Positions 37,089-46,793 are shown, numbered from the stretch's first letter. The stretch is 64,000 nt of DNA from Bacillota bacterium (GCA_019428945.1 JAHYJM010000005.1:1562-65561); one strand, 5' to 3'. The notes: generated from the sequence alone by a model not told the origin. Program-made: numbers and translations.

Positions 37089-39368
37089 TTGTTTGCTGCC
37101 GCTCCGGAACTACTTTCCGACCTGAGCCGGGTATACTATTCTTCCCTGCCGCTATGGATTACACTGCTGCCGCTATTAACCGGTATCGGGCTCTATTTTG
37201 TTAAAAACAGCGCGGAGACTCTCCGTAAGGTTGTTTCTTTGCTGGCCTCGCTTGCTGTACTGGTCGGAGTGATGCTGTTATTGCCGATGGTATTGTCAGG
37301 GACAGTTAAGTATGATCTGATCGATTTTATGCAAATGGGTCTATTTTTTGAAGTTGACCTGGTTGGCTGGATTTTTGCTTTTCTGATAGCCTTTATCTGG
37401 TCTTTAGCCACGCTGTTTTCATTTGCCTATATGGATTTCGAGCACAATAGACGCCGCTATTACAGTGTATTGATTTTTACGCTCGGAGCTACCCTGGGCG
37501 TGGTTCTAGCCGGTGACTTTTTTACACTTTTCCTGTTCTTTGAAATGATGACTCTTTCATCCTTTATTCTGGTTATTCATGAACAGAATCGCGAGGCTAT
37601 GCAGGCAGGTATTCTGTACCTTTATCTCGGTATAGCCGGAGGCCTGGCGCTGCTTTTTGCCATCATGATGCTTTATTCAGCCACGGGAACTGTAAATATA
37701 GTGCCTGTGCTGGAAGACCTGGGCGCCAATCGAACCTTAATTTATATCATGTTTTTGATTGGCTTTGGAGTTAAAGCCGGACTTGTTCCGCTGCACATCT
37801 GGCTGCCTCAGGCTCATCCTGTTGCTCCTTCCCCGGCAAGCGCACTTCTTTCCGGTATAATGATCAAAGCCGGCGCTTACGGTATTTTTAGAGTATCTCT
37901 TATACTCTTTACCTCACCTGGCGAAATCGGTGCAGCAGATGCTTCATACCTTTTTAATGTAGGATCTGTATTGATGTGGATTGGTATCATCACCATGCTG
38001 TCCGGAGCGATAATGGCCCTTCTGCAGAGCAATATGAAAAGGATCCTGGCTTACAGCAGCGTCAGCCAGATCGGTTATATCGCAACCGGGCTTGGCGCTG
38101 CAGTCTTTATGGGCACTGAAGGCGCAATGGGATTTGCCGGTGCCATCTATCACATAATTAATCATGCTTTTTTCAAGGCAGGTCTCTTTATGATGGTTGG
38201 TACAATTTATCTCTATACGCATGAACTGGAATTGTCTAAGCTTGGTGGTATGTTTAAAAAAATGCCCCTGGTTGGTATCACATTTATTATTGCAGCCTTC
38301 GGTATTGCCGGTATTCCGGGCTTTAACGGATATCCCAGCAAAACTCTGATCCATGATGCTTTACTGATTGCCATTAAATTTAATGATCTTTTTAGCATTG
38401 AACTGGCTGAAAAAATATTTACGCTAACCAGCGCACTGACAATCTGCTACTTTATTAAGCTTTTCAGAGGGGTATTCTTAGGACCTGTTCCTGAAAAGCT
38501 CGATCGTGAATATAAACTGGCCCTGTCAATAAAGGCGGTATTAACCACATTTGCAGCGATCATTGTTGCTATTGGCTTATTCCCGAATTTTATTCTTGAA
38601 CGTTTTCTGGTACCTCCTGCCGAGTTTTTAAAATATGAAGGTTATGCCATGGATCATCTTTATCACTTCAATTTTTTTGAATGGCATCCTGTCGAAGCAA
38701 TGCTTGTTGTTATTATTCTGGCAGTGGTCATTTATTTGCCGGGAGCTTATCGAAACTGGTTTTCCTGGCAGCCGCCCCCCTGGCTCAGTATTTACGCTCT
38801 CCTTTACCGGCCCCTGACACATCGTCTCATGATTCTCACCTGTAAAGCCGGGCTAATTCTTGACTCGTCGGTTGATAATGCTTACAATCAATCAGGCAGT
38901 GCAGCACGGAATATGTGTGATTATGTGGGCAACATCGATCATGGTCTGGACAGTTTTTATCATAAGTGGGGGTTGATCGGCAGTAAGTTGGCGGAACGTT
39001 CCAGAGATATGGATCAGAAACTGGACGGTTTCTATCAAAGATCAGGTCAAGCAGCCAGGAAGCTTGCCGATAAATCAGCTGATATGGACTCAGCTCTAGA
39101 TAAAGCATATCAGAAAACCGGAAAAGCCGCTCAGAATTTAGCTAAACAGTCATCAGATCTTGATAAAGCGATAAATGTCGTATATGATCAGGCCGGTAAA
39201 AAAACCAGGGATGAAGTGGAAAAGCGGCTGGCAGGGAAACAAGAAAAACATGATAAAGCAGAGAGTGATAAATGGAGCACCAAGAATTTGAGTTTTGATA
39301 ATCTGCTTCTTGTCCTTGTTCTCGGTATAGTACTTTTTATTATCTTCTACTTCGGGAGATCATCATAA
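37089..39368 (+). CDS. mrpA: Antiporter-like large subunit (NuoL/MrpA family) with a ~190-aa C-terminal repeat extension and terminal transmembrane anchor
   Basis: 759 aa. The core is LVPLHIWLPQAHPVAPSPASALLSG. The tail holds 5 tandem ~25-aa repeats of the form [FAV]Y[QHD]xxGxxAxxLAxxSxDxDxxL, followed by the hydrophobic LLLVLVLGIVLFIIFYF. Confidence 0.8.
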   Translation: MFAAAPELLSDLSRVYYSSLPLWITLLPLLTGIGLYFVKNSAETLRKVVSLLASLAVLVGVMLLLPMVLSGTVKYDLIDFMQMGLFFEVDLVGWIFAFLIAFIWSLATLFSFAYMDFEHNRRRYYSVLIFTLGATLGVVLAGDFFTLFLFFEMMTLSSFILVIHEQNREAMQAGILYLYLGIAGGLALLFAIMMLYSATGTVNIVPVLEDLGANRTLIYIMFLIGFGVKAGLVPLHIWLPQAHPVAPSPASALLSGIMIKAGAYGIFRVSLILFTSPGEIGAADASYLFNVGSVLMWIGIITMLSGAIMALLQSNMKRILAYSSVSQIGYIATGLGAAVFMGTEGAMGFAGAIYHIINHAFFKAGLFMMVGTIYLYTHELELSKLGGMFKKMPLVGITFIIAAFGIAGIPGFNGYPSKTLIHDALLIAIKFNDLFSIELAEKIFTLTSALTICYFIKLFRGVFLGPVPEKLDREYKLALSIKAVLTTFAAIIVAIGLFPNFILERFLVPPAEFLKYEGYAMDHLYHFNFFEWHPVEAMLVVIILAVVIYLPGAYRNWFSWQPPPWLSIYALLYRPLTHRLMILTCKAGLILDSSVDNAYNQSGSAARNMCDYVGNIDHGLDSFYHKWGLIGSKLAERSRDMDQKLDGFYQRSGQAARKLADKSADMDSALDKAYQKTGKAAQNLAKQSSDLDKAINVVYDQAGKKTRDEVEKRLAGKQEKHDKAESDKWSTKNLSFDNLLLVLVLGIVLFIIFYFGRSS
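38876..39240 (+). repeat. Five diverged tandem 75-nt (25-codon) coding repeats in the mrpA-like C-terminal region
   Basis: At DNA level, GATATGGATCAGAAACTGGACGGTTTCTATCAAAGATCAGG resembles GATATGGACTCAGCTCTAGATAAAGCATATCAGAAAACCGG. At protein level, the matching repeats are FYQRSGQAARKLADKSADMD and AYQKTGKAAQNLAKQSSDLD. Confidence 0.6.
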
Positions 39369-39383
39369 AAGGAGCTGCAATTA

Positions 39384-40454
39384 TTGGAGCAGGGAGAAGA
39401 GAAAATCAGTCCTTCAAAAAGCATTTTAAAACGGATAATTACTGATCCAAAATATATATTTCTTCTATTTACTTTTATTATTGTGATAATAATTCTGGTT
39501 TATCGCAGCCCGGCTGCAGGGCAGATGGTCACTTATCAGCGGGTTATGATGGACACCGCAGTTGAACTGCGGTTTGAAACTGCTCCGGGAAGTGCGGCAG
39601 ATGCAATTGCAGAAAGTGTATTTACCGAAATTGAACGGCTTGAAAAGTTGTTTAGCCGGAGCCTGCCTGAGAGTGATGTGAGCAGAGTTAATTTTCAGGC
39701 CGGAGTAAGTTCAGTGCCAGTCAGTAGTGATGTTCTCCATGTTACAGAAAAGGCTTTACATTATGGAGAGATCAGCGGGGGGGCTTTTGATCCAACGATA
39801 GCGCCCCTGATTGATTTATGGGGCTTTTTTGGCCAGGATTACCGGCTGCCTGCGAAAGATGAGATAGAGGCTGTTCTGCCTCTTGTTGATTATCGTTTAC
39901 TGGCTGTTGACAGAAACAACTCTGAATTATTTTTACCTGATCGTGACATGGCTCTCGAACTCGGGGGTATCGCCAAAGGATATATTGTCGGCAGAAGTTT
40001 GGAGATCCTTAAAGAATCCGGCATTTCCAGCGCTTTCGTCAATGCCGGTGGTGACATAGGGTTGATCGGTTTACGCCCCGATGGCACGTCGTGGCGAATT
40101 GGTATTCGCCATCCCCGGGACGCTAATAAGGTGATCGCAGTTATTCCGGCAGAAGGCGGAGCAGTTGTTACATCCGGTGATTACGAGAGAACATTTGAGG
40201 TTTCAGGTGTCAACTACCATCATATCCTGGATCCTCAAAATGGTATGCCTGCTGTACTTTTAACAAGCGTTACTATTGTTGCAGACACTGCCATTGCTGC
40301 TGATGCTCTTTCTACGACAATTTTTGTACTCGGGCCGGATCAGGGACTGGCCTTAATTGAACAGCTGTCTGGTGTGGAAGGTGTCTTAATCACGCCCGAT
40401 CTCGAAATTATAGTTTCAAGCGGTCTGGTAGATATCATTGAACTGCATCCATAA
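39384..40454 (+). CDS. apbE: FAD:protein FMN transferase (ApbE family), membrane-anchored
   Basis: ApbE motifs AFDPTIAPLIDLWGF and GGIAKGY, with an N-terminal signal anchor. It is the flavinylation enzyme for RnfG/RnfD-type FMN_bind domains. Confidence 0.85.
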   Translation: MEQGEEKISPSKSILKRIITDPKYIFLLFTFIIVIIILVYRSPAAGQMVTYQRVMMDTAVELRFETAPGSAADAIAESVFTEIERLEKLFSRSLPESDVSRVNFQAGVSSVPVSSDVLHVTEKALHYGEISGGAFDPTIAPLIDLWGFFGQDYRLPAKDEIEAVLPLVDYRLLAVDRNNSELFLPDRDMALELGGIAKGYIVGRSLEILKESGISSAFVNAGGDIGLIGLRPDGTSWRIGIRHPRDANKVIAVIPAEGGAVVTSGDYERTFEVSGVNYHHILDPQNGMPAVLLTSVTIVADTAIAADALSTTIFVLGPDQGLALIEQLSGVEGVLITPDLEIIVSSGLVDIIELHP

Positions 40455-40492
40455 TTGATGCGGGAAGCTCATATACAACGGAAGGAATAAAT

Positions 40493-41056
40493 ATGTCCGA
40501 TACAAGGATAACTTTGCGCAGTCGCCTGAATTACCTGACATATCTGGCAGTGCTGATTACATTTGCCGTGGTTATTCACACTGTTGAGGCGGCGCTTCCC
40601 TTACCAATGCCGGTACCGGGCGTAAGGCTTGGCCTGGCTAATATTATTACATTGCTTACGCTGGTTTTATTTGGCCTGAAGAGCGGACTTCTGGTTTCTA
40701 TGACACGTTCAGTGCTTGGCAGTATATTTGTTGGCGGGCTTTTCGGTTTTGGCTTCTGGCTCAGTTTTAGCGCCGGTATCGTGAGCTGTCTGGCTATGGC
40801 CATGGTCCTGCAGCTTCAGAAGAGAGGCCTGGTCAGCCTTATTTCGGTCAGTGTAATCGGAGCAGCTACTCATAATATAACTCAGTTGGCTCTGGCAAGT
40901 GTGATTATTGCAAATGCAACACTATTTACCGGTTATTATCCTTTTCTGCTGCTCCTGTCTGTCCCTACCGGTCTTTTTACAGGCCTTGCTGCATATTACC
41001 TTGAGGGTGTGACCAGGAGAATGATTAAACAAAGCGGCACGGGGGTCTTTAAATGA
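40493..41056 (+). CDS. Gx-transporter / heptaprenyl-diphosphate-synthase-component-I-like (PF07456-type) polytopic membrane protein
   Basis: 187 aa with ~5 transmembrane helices, Gly-rich. It is immediately downstream of apbE, a recurrent neighbourhood for this family. Confidence 0.5.
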   Translation: MSDTRITLRSRLNYLTYLAVLITFAVVIHTVEAALPLPMPVPGVRLGLANIITLLTLVLFGLKSGLLVSMTRSVLGSIFVGGLFGFGFWLSFSAGIVSCLAMAMVLQLQKRGLVSLISVSVIGAATHNITQLALASVIIANATLFTGYYPFLLLLSVPTGLFTGLAAYYLEGVTRRMIKQSGTGVFK

Positions 41057-41655
41057 ACCTTATCCTGGCATCTGCTTCGCCGCGTCGTGCCGAGCTTTTA
41101 AAGCAGGCCGGTATTCCTTTCAGTGTGGAAATTCCGGGTATAGAAGAAGCAATCGAAAAAAGTGTATCTCCAAGAGGCCTTGTTCTTAAACATGCCTGCC
41201 GGAAAGCTCTTGCAGTTTCTGAACGTTGCAAAGAAGGCTATATACTCTCTGCAGACACAATTGTTGTTCTTGAAAGTGAAATTATGGGAAAGCCGGCTGA
41301 TGAAAAAGAGGCCAGTCAAATGCTTGGCCGTTTGAGTGGTGAAAAGCATGAGGTTTTTACCGGGTTGGCGCTCATGAATGCTTCGACAGGCATGCTTGAA
41401 ACCGGGGCAGAGGTAACGTCAGTATGGATGAAGCAACTTGATATCAGCCATATCGAGGCTTACATTGCGACAGGTGAAACTTTTGACAAGGCAGGAGCGT
41501 ATGGAATTCAAGGCAGGGCAGGTTTGTTCATTGAGAAGATTGAAGGCTGTTATACAAATGTTGTCGGATTACCCCTTGGTTTACTTTTTGATCTCATCTC
41601 GCGTATGGATGTTCCAATATGGCTGAGCCGAAAGGATGGCGATAATGCAAAATGA
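41053..41655 (+). CDS. maf: Maf-like nucleoside triphosphate pyrophosphatase
   Basis: LILASASPRRAELLKQAGIPF is the Maf N-terminus. Confidence 0.9.
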   Translation: MNLILASASPRRAELLKQAGIPFSVEIPGIEEAIEKSVSPRGLVLKHACRKALAVSERCKEGYILSADTIVVLESEIMGKPADEKEASQMLGRLSGEKHEVFTGLALMNASTGMLETGAEVTSVWMKQLDISHIEAYIATGETFDKAGAYGIQGRAGLFIEKIEGCYTNVVGLPLGLLFDLISRMDVPIWLSRKDGDNAK

Positions 41656-42334
41656 TTCAATAATGATCAGGGACCTTCCCCTGGAGGAAAGACCGAGAGA
41701 AAAACTAAAATCCCTGGGTGCAGGAGCGCTAACCAATGCTGAATTGTTAGCTATTTTGATCCGCACGGGCAATAAGAATGAATCGGCTGTTCAGCTTGCT
41801 ACAAGGATACTGGCCCGGGGCGGAAGTTTAAGAAACCTGCCGGATCTTTCCCTGGAGGATTTGCAGGAAAACAGGGGTATCGGTCCCGATAAAGCAGTGA
41901 CAATAAAAGCAGCGCTTGAGCTGGGCTGCCGTCTGGCCACAGCGCCGCGGGAAGCATCAGGTAGTATAACCAGTCCGAGGCAGGCTGCAGATTTATTTAT
42001 GGAAGATCTGCGCTATAAGAAAAAAGAGTATTTTAAAATTCTCCTTTTGAATACAAAAAATCATATTATCTCCAGGGAAGAAATATCAGTAGGAAGCCTC
42101 AGCGCCTCTATCGTTCATCCAAGAGAAATATTTAACATCCCCCTGCGTAAAAGTGCTTCTTCGGTAATCCTTTTTCACAACCACCCCAGTGGTGATCCTA
42201 CCCCAAGCCAGGAAGATCTTGAAGTTACCAGGCGACTGGTAGATGCCGGTAATATTCTTGGTATAGTAGTCCGTGATCATATTATCATAGGGGATGGCTG
42301 CTTCTTTAGTTTTCGGGAAAAAGGCTTGATATAG
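41636..42334 (+). CDS. radC: RadC-like JAB-domain protein (UPF0758)
   Basis: HhH region plus the JAMM motif HNHPSGDPTPSQED. Confidence 0.85.
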   Translation: MAIMQNDSIMIRDLPLEERPREKLKSLGAGALTNAELLAILIRTGNKNESAVQLATRILARGGSLRNLPDLSLEDLQENRGIGPDKAVTIKAALELGCRLATAPREASGSITSPRQAADLFMEDLRYKKKEYFKILLLNTKNHIISREEISVGSLSASIVHPREIFNIPLRKSASSVILFHNHPSGDPTPSQEDLEVTRRLVDAGNILGIVVRDHIIIGDGCFFSFREKGLI

Positions 42335-42412
42335 CTAACACTTATCAGCAGAGGAATTATATGGTATCATTCTTTTAGAATAGTGGAAAAATATATATGC
42401 AAAAAAATATAA

Positions 42413-44239
42413 TTGAGCCGAGCAGTTAAAAAAATGATTTTGCAGGGAGAAATAATGACTTTAATTAAAGACAGGCTTGAATCAGTTCTTAAAAAAGTGC
42501 AGAAACCTGCGCGTTATCTGGGCAATGAATGGAATGCCGTTCATAAAGAGCATCATAAGACAGCGGTTAAAATGGCCTTTGCTTTTCCTGACCTCTATGA
42601 AGTCGGCATGTCGAACCAGGGGCTGAAAATACTTTATGAAAGTGTCAATGCCCATAATAATTTACTCATGGAAAGAGTTTTTGCCCCGGCTGTTGATATG
42701 GAGGCAGAGATGCGGAAACAGAATCTACCTCTTTTTTCCTTAGAGAGTGCTACGCCGCTTGCAGAATTTGATCTAATCGGATTTTCTTTGCAGTATGAGT
42801 TAAGTTATACCAATGTATTAAATATGCTTGATCTGGCCGGCTTACCCCTCTTCAGCAGTGAACGAAACGATAATGACCCGCTTGTGATTGGCGGCGGACC
42901 ATGCAGCTTTAATCCGGAACCGCTCGCCCCGTTTTTTGATCTTTTTATCCTTGGAGAATCTGAAGAGGCTTTGCCCGCCCTGCTGCTTAATTTAGCCGCT
43001 TACAAAGAAAGCGGCAGAAATAGAAGAGATATGCTGAAGCGATTTTCAGCAATGGCCGGAGTTTATGTGCCGGATTTTTTTGATCCCCTTTATAATGAGA
43101 GCGGTGTATTGGAAAGAGTTAAAAAGAATGATTCAACTGTGCCTGCACGGGTGGTTAAGAATACGGTGTCAAATTTGGATGGAGCGCCATATCCGACTGC
43201 CCCGGTTGTTCCCTACATCCAGACAGTGCATGACCGCGCGGTTGTAGAACTGTTTAGGGGGTGTGCAAGAGGCTGCAGGTTTTGTCAGGCAGGCTATATT
43301 TTCAGACCTGTACGGCGTCGCAGTCCGGAAAAAATTATTTCTATTGCAAAAGATCTAACAGCTGCAACCGGCTATGATGAACTTTCACTCTCATCACTCA
43401 GCAGTAGTGACTACCCGCAGGTTGATGAACTGATCAAAGAGATAGATCAGGCTTTAAGGGGTGACAAAGTCAGGTGCAGTCTGCCGTCGCTGCGTCTTGA
43501 TTCATATTCTGTTGAGCTTGCCGATCGTCTGCACCAGGGCAGGCGTAGCAGCCTTACCTTTGCTCCGGAAGCAGCAACGGAACGCCTGCGTAAGGTGATT
43601 AAAAAAAATATTTCAGAAGATGATATCTATACCGCGCTGAGCGATGCCGTAGCTGCAGGATGGCAGGGTTTTAAACTGTATTTTATGATTGGCCTGCCAA
43701 CCGAGACCAATGAAGATGTAGAGGCTATTGTAACAATGTGCAGAGACATTCGTGATCGTTACCGCGGCAGAGTCAGGGGTACCCTGAAGCTCTCAGTAAG
43801 CGTTGCTACCTTTGTGCCGAAGGCAAATACTCCATTTCAATGGGAACCTCAGCTTTCATTTCAGGAAATAATTGAGCGACAACAAATTCTGATCGATGGT
43901 TTCAGAAAAATACAGGGGATTGACTTAAGCTGGCATGATGCAGAAACAAGTTTTCTTGAAGCTGTTTTTGCCCGGGGCGACCGCCGACTTGCTCTCCTTT
44001 TGGAAAAGGCCTGGCGTCTCGGATGCCGGCTTGATGGTTGGTCTGAACATTTTTCATTTGACTTATGGCAGCAGGCGTTTAAGGAAACAGGTATAAATGG
44101 TGAGGCATATGCTAATAGGCGTTTTTCTTATGACGACTGCCTCCCGTGGGATCATCTGGATTGCGGTACAGATAAAGAATATTTTATCAGGGAACATAAA
44201 CTTGCTTATTCCTGCCAGGATGACGGGGGGAGTAATTAA
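42413..44239 (+). CDS. B12-binding-domain radical SAM protein (TIGR03960-like, associated with RNase E/G)
   Basis: The radical-SAM cysteine triad reads CxxxCxxC (CARGCRFCQAGY). 608 aa. The conserved partner DUF2344 and RNase G follow it. Confidence 0.8.
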   Translation: MSRAVKKMILQGEIMTLIKDRLESVLKKVQKPARYLGNEWNAVHKEHHKTAVKMAFAFPDLYEVGMSNQGLKILYESVNAHNNLLMERVFAPAVDMEAEMRKQNLPLFSLESATPLAEFDLIGFSLQYELSYTNVLNMLDLAGLPLFSSERNDNDPLVIGGGPCSFNPEPLAPFFDLFILGESEEALPALLLNLAAYKESGRNRRDMLKRFSAMAGVYVPDFFDPLYNESGVLERVKKNDSTVPARVVKNTVSNLDGAPYPTAPVVPYIQTVHDRAVVELFRGCARGCRFCQAGYIFRPVRRRSPEKIISIAKDLTAATGYDELSLSSLSSSDYPQVDELIKEIDQALRGDKVRCSLPSLRLDSYSVELADRLHQGRRSSLTFAPEAATERLRKVIKKNISEDDIYTALSDAVAAGWQGFKLYFMIGLPTETNEDVEAIVTMCRDIRDRYRGRVRGTLKLSVSVATFVPKANTPFQWEPQLSFQEIIERQQILIDGFRKIQGIDLSWHDAETSFLEAVFARGDRRLALLLEKAWRLGCRLDGWSEHFSFDLWQQAFKETGINGEAYANRRFSYDDCLPWDHLDCGTDKEYFIREHKLAYSCQDDGGSN

Positions 44240-44964
44240 TGGTTCGAATTGGGTTTCTTTTTTCACGCACCGGCCATTTGGCTTATCTCTCGCATCTTGA
44301 TATGTTAAGGCTTTTTATCCGCGCCTTGCGTAGGGCTGATTTGAACCTTGCTTTTAGCCAGGGATTTAACCCGCACCCTCGACTTACCCTGGCCCTGCCT
44401 CTGCCGCTTGGCGTCACAGCCTCAAATGAACCGGGAGAAGTATATTTTGACGGCGTGGTAACATCTGAAACATTTAAATCAGAAATTGAGAAACAGCTGC
44501 CGGAAGGCCTGCAGATAATAAAAGCAGTGCCAATTGAGCCTGATGCCCCCGCGCTTGCTGCTCTTGTTGAAGCTGCCATGTACCGGGCAGAACTAAGGAG
44601 TTTTTCTGACCTGAGTTTAGAAAACCGGGATCCGGGCAAACTGATCCAAAATTCTTTAGAAATGCTTTTACAAAAAGAAGAAATTTTAGCTTCCCGAACA
44701 GGTAAAAAGAAAAAAATCAGTTACCTCAATGTCCGCCCCTACATCATTGAGGCAGAGTCAGAGCTTACCCCCGGCGGGCTGGCAGTATTGAAGCTGCTCT
44801 TAAAGGCAGGAAGCCGTGGTGGAGTTTCACCGGTATTTCTGTTGGATCAACTAGCGCTTGAAAGTGGCTTCCCGTCATTAAGGGCTGTTTGCTGGAATTT
44901 ACACCGTGAATCAATTTACTATCAAGACGGTGATACTCTGCAGCCTTTGTCTGAAAGGATGTGA
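44239..44964 (+). CDS. Radical-SAM-linked protein, DUF2344/TIGR03936 family
   Basis: 241 aa. Its position between the TIGR03960-type rSAM and rng is conserved in Clostridia. Confidence 0.65.
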   Translation: MVRIGFLFSRTGHLAYLSHLDMLRLFIRALRRADLNLAFSQGFNPHPRLTLALPLPLGVTASNEPGEVYFDGVVTSETFKSEIEKQLPEGLQIIKAVPIEPDAPALAALVEAAMYRAELRSFSDLSLENRDPGKLIQNSLEMLLQKEEILASRTGKKKKISYLNVRPYIIEAESELTPGGLAVLKLLLKAGSRGGVSPVFLLDQLALESGFPSLRAVCWNLHRESIYYQDGDTLQPLSERM

Positions 44965-44973
44965 GCGATTATT

Positions 44974-46656
44974 ATGGATAAAAAGATTATAGTCAATTGT
45001 GATAACAGGGCTACAAGGGTAGCCATGCTGGAGAAGGGAAAACTGGTTGAATTAGATATAGAAAGGCCTTTACAGTACAGGGTAGTTGGCAATCTCTACA
45101 AGGGTACTGTCGCAAATGTACTGCCGGGAATGCAGGCTGCCTTTGTCGATATAGGACTTGAGAAAAATGCATTTCTCTATGTAGATGATGTGTCCTCAGA
45201 TTGGGATGATGAAACTCCGCCACCGGCGCGCGGTACAATTGATAAGCTTTTACAGGTAGGCGAAGAGATTATGGTTCAGGTGATTAAGGAGCCATATGGT
45301 AGCAAAGGGGCCAGGGTAACAGGGCAGATTACTATTCCGGGGCGTTACCTGGTTTTAGTTCCCGGCGCTGATTATATTGGAGTTTCGAGAAGAATTGAAA
45401 GTCAGGCCGAACGTGAAAGGCTGCGGCGTGAAGTTGAGAATTTAAAACCGGAGCAGCTTGGTTTGATCGTGCGAACCGTTGCAGAAGGTGTAGACAGTGA
45501 AGTAATGGCCCAGGATCTACAGTTCCTGGTTCAGTTGTGGAACCGTATCCTGACCCGTTTTCAGCAGAAAGCAGCGCCGGCCATTCTCTACCAGGACTTA
45601 TCTCTTACCTGTCGCATCGCCCGGGATCTTTTCGTGGAAGAATTCAGCAGTTTCCTGATAGATAATGAGCATGAGTATGATAAAGTCAGGGAGATAGTTG
45701 ATTATATATCACCTCATCTGAAAAATAAGGTTAAGCTGTACCAGGAAGATGAACCAATTTTTGAGCGTTATGGGGTTGAAAAAGAGATAGAAAAGGCCCT
45801 TGCCCGCCAGGTATGGTTGAAAAGCGGCGGTTACCTGGTTTTTGATGAGACAGAAGCGCTTACTGTAGTTGATGTCAATACAGGTCGTTATATCGGCCGC
45901 AGGAATCTGGCAGATACAATACTTAAAACAAATCTCGAGGCAGCTGATGAAATTGCCCGGCAGGTCCGGCTGCGGGATATTGGTGGAATTATTATTATCG
46001 ATTTCATAGATATGAGTATTGAAGATCACAGGCGAAAGGTTATCGATAAGCTGAACTATGCGATTAAAAGTGATCGTACAAAAACCTATGTGCTCGGCCT
46101 GACAAACCTCGGCCTGGTTGAAATGACCCGTAAAAAGGTGCGACAGGATCTCTCCGAGTATCTACAGCAGCCCTGTCCTTACTGCGGCGGTTCAGGGCGC
46201 GTTTTAACCCCACTGGTTATCAGTACCCGTATTGAAAGCCAGCTTAAGCAGGAACTCAAGGATGAGAGGAGCAGGGCAGTCCTTGTTGAAATGCACCACG
46301 AGGTTGCGGCAATTATCATCGGCAGTGGCGGTGGTAACCTGAAAAAACTTGAGGATGAATTAGGCCGGCATATTTTTATCAGGGGTACAGAAGATATTCA
46401 TATTGAGCAGTACAGAATAGTTGCCCGGGGAAGCCATAAAGAGATTCAGTCCCTGGCTCTTCCTGTTAAAGCTGGAGATACCCTTGATTTGACTATAGAA
46501 GAACCGCATTCGTCGAACCCCAGCCATGGGATTGCCCGTATAAAGGGTTTTGTAATTAATGTAGAAGGAGCGGGCGATAAAGTAGGTGAATCGGTTAAAG
46601 TAGAAATTAAGGATGTAAATCGTACTTTTGCCCGGGCAATCCTTAAAAGCAAATAA
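44974..46656 (+). CDS. rng: Ribonuclease G/E family endoribonuclease
   Basis: S1 domain N-terminus (VGNLYKGTVANVLPGMQAAFVDIG), the DNase-I-like catalytic region, and a zinc-link CPYCGGSG. Confidence 0.9.
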   Translation: MDKKIIVNCDNRATRVAMLEKGKLVELDIERPLQYRVVGNLYKGTVANVLPGMQAAFVDIGLEKNAFLYVDDVSSDWDDETPPPARGTIDKLLQVGEEIMVQVIKEPYGSKGARVTGQITIPGRYLVLVPGADYIGVSRRIESQAERERLRREVENLKPEQLGLIVRTVAEGVDSEVMAQDLQFLVQLWNRILTRFQQKAAPAILYQDLSLTCRIARDLFVEEFSSFLIDNEHEYDKVREIVDYISPHLKNKVKLYQEDEPIFERYGVEKEIEKALARQVWLKSGGYLVFDETEALTVVDVNTGRYIGRRNLADTILKTNLEAADEIARQVRLRDIGGIIIIDFIDMSIEDHRRKVIDKLNYAIKSDRTKTYVLGLTNLGLVEMTRKKVRQDLSEYLQQPCPYCGGSGRVLTPLVISTRIESQLKQELKDERSRAVLVEMHHEVAAIIIGSGGGNLKKLEDELGRHIFIRGTEDIHIEQYRIVARGSHKEIQSLALPVKAGDTLDLTIEEPHSSNPSHGIARIKGFVINVEGAGDKVGESVKVEIKDVNRTFARAILKSK

Positions 46657-46681
46657 AAAAGGGCGGAGTCTTTGCCCCGCC
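46655..46681 (-). terminator. Intrinsic terminator for tupABC (hairpin plus U6 on the minus strand; bidirectional with the rng 3' end)
   Basis: GGCGG...CCGCC stem with an A6 run on the plus strand, which gives U6 after the stem on the minus strand. Confidence 0.5.
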
Positions 46682-46793
46682 AAATGGTGGAATAAATCAT
46701 ACAGTTAAACAAAATAGAAGTTGAACGGAGCAGCAATCCGGTCAGCTTTTATTTTTAGGGTATTTAAGGTTTTAAAGAGTGCATCTTCACCGG

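Noticed and set aside
46657-46793. Possible small gene or element between rng and tupC (75-aa ORF at 46779-47006)
   Set aside because: The ORF overlaps tupC on the opposite strand. The region is explained by a bidirectional terminator plus the tupC 3' end.
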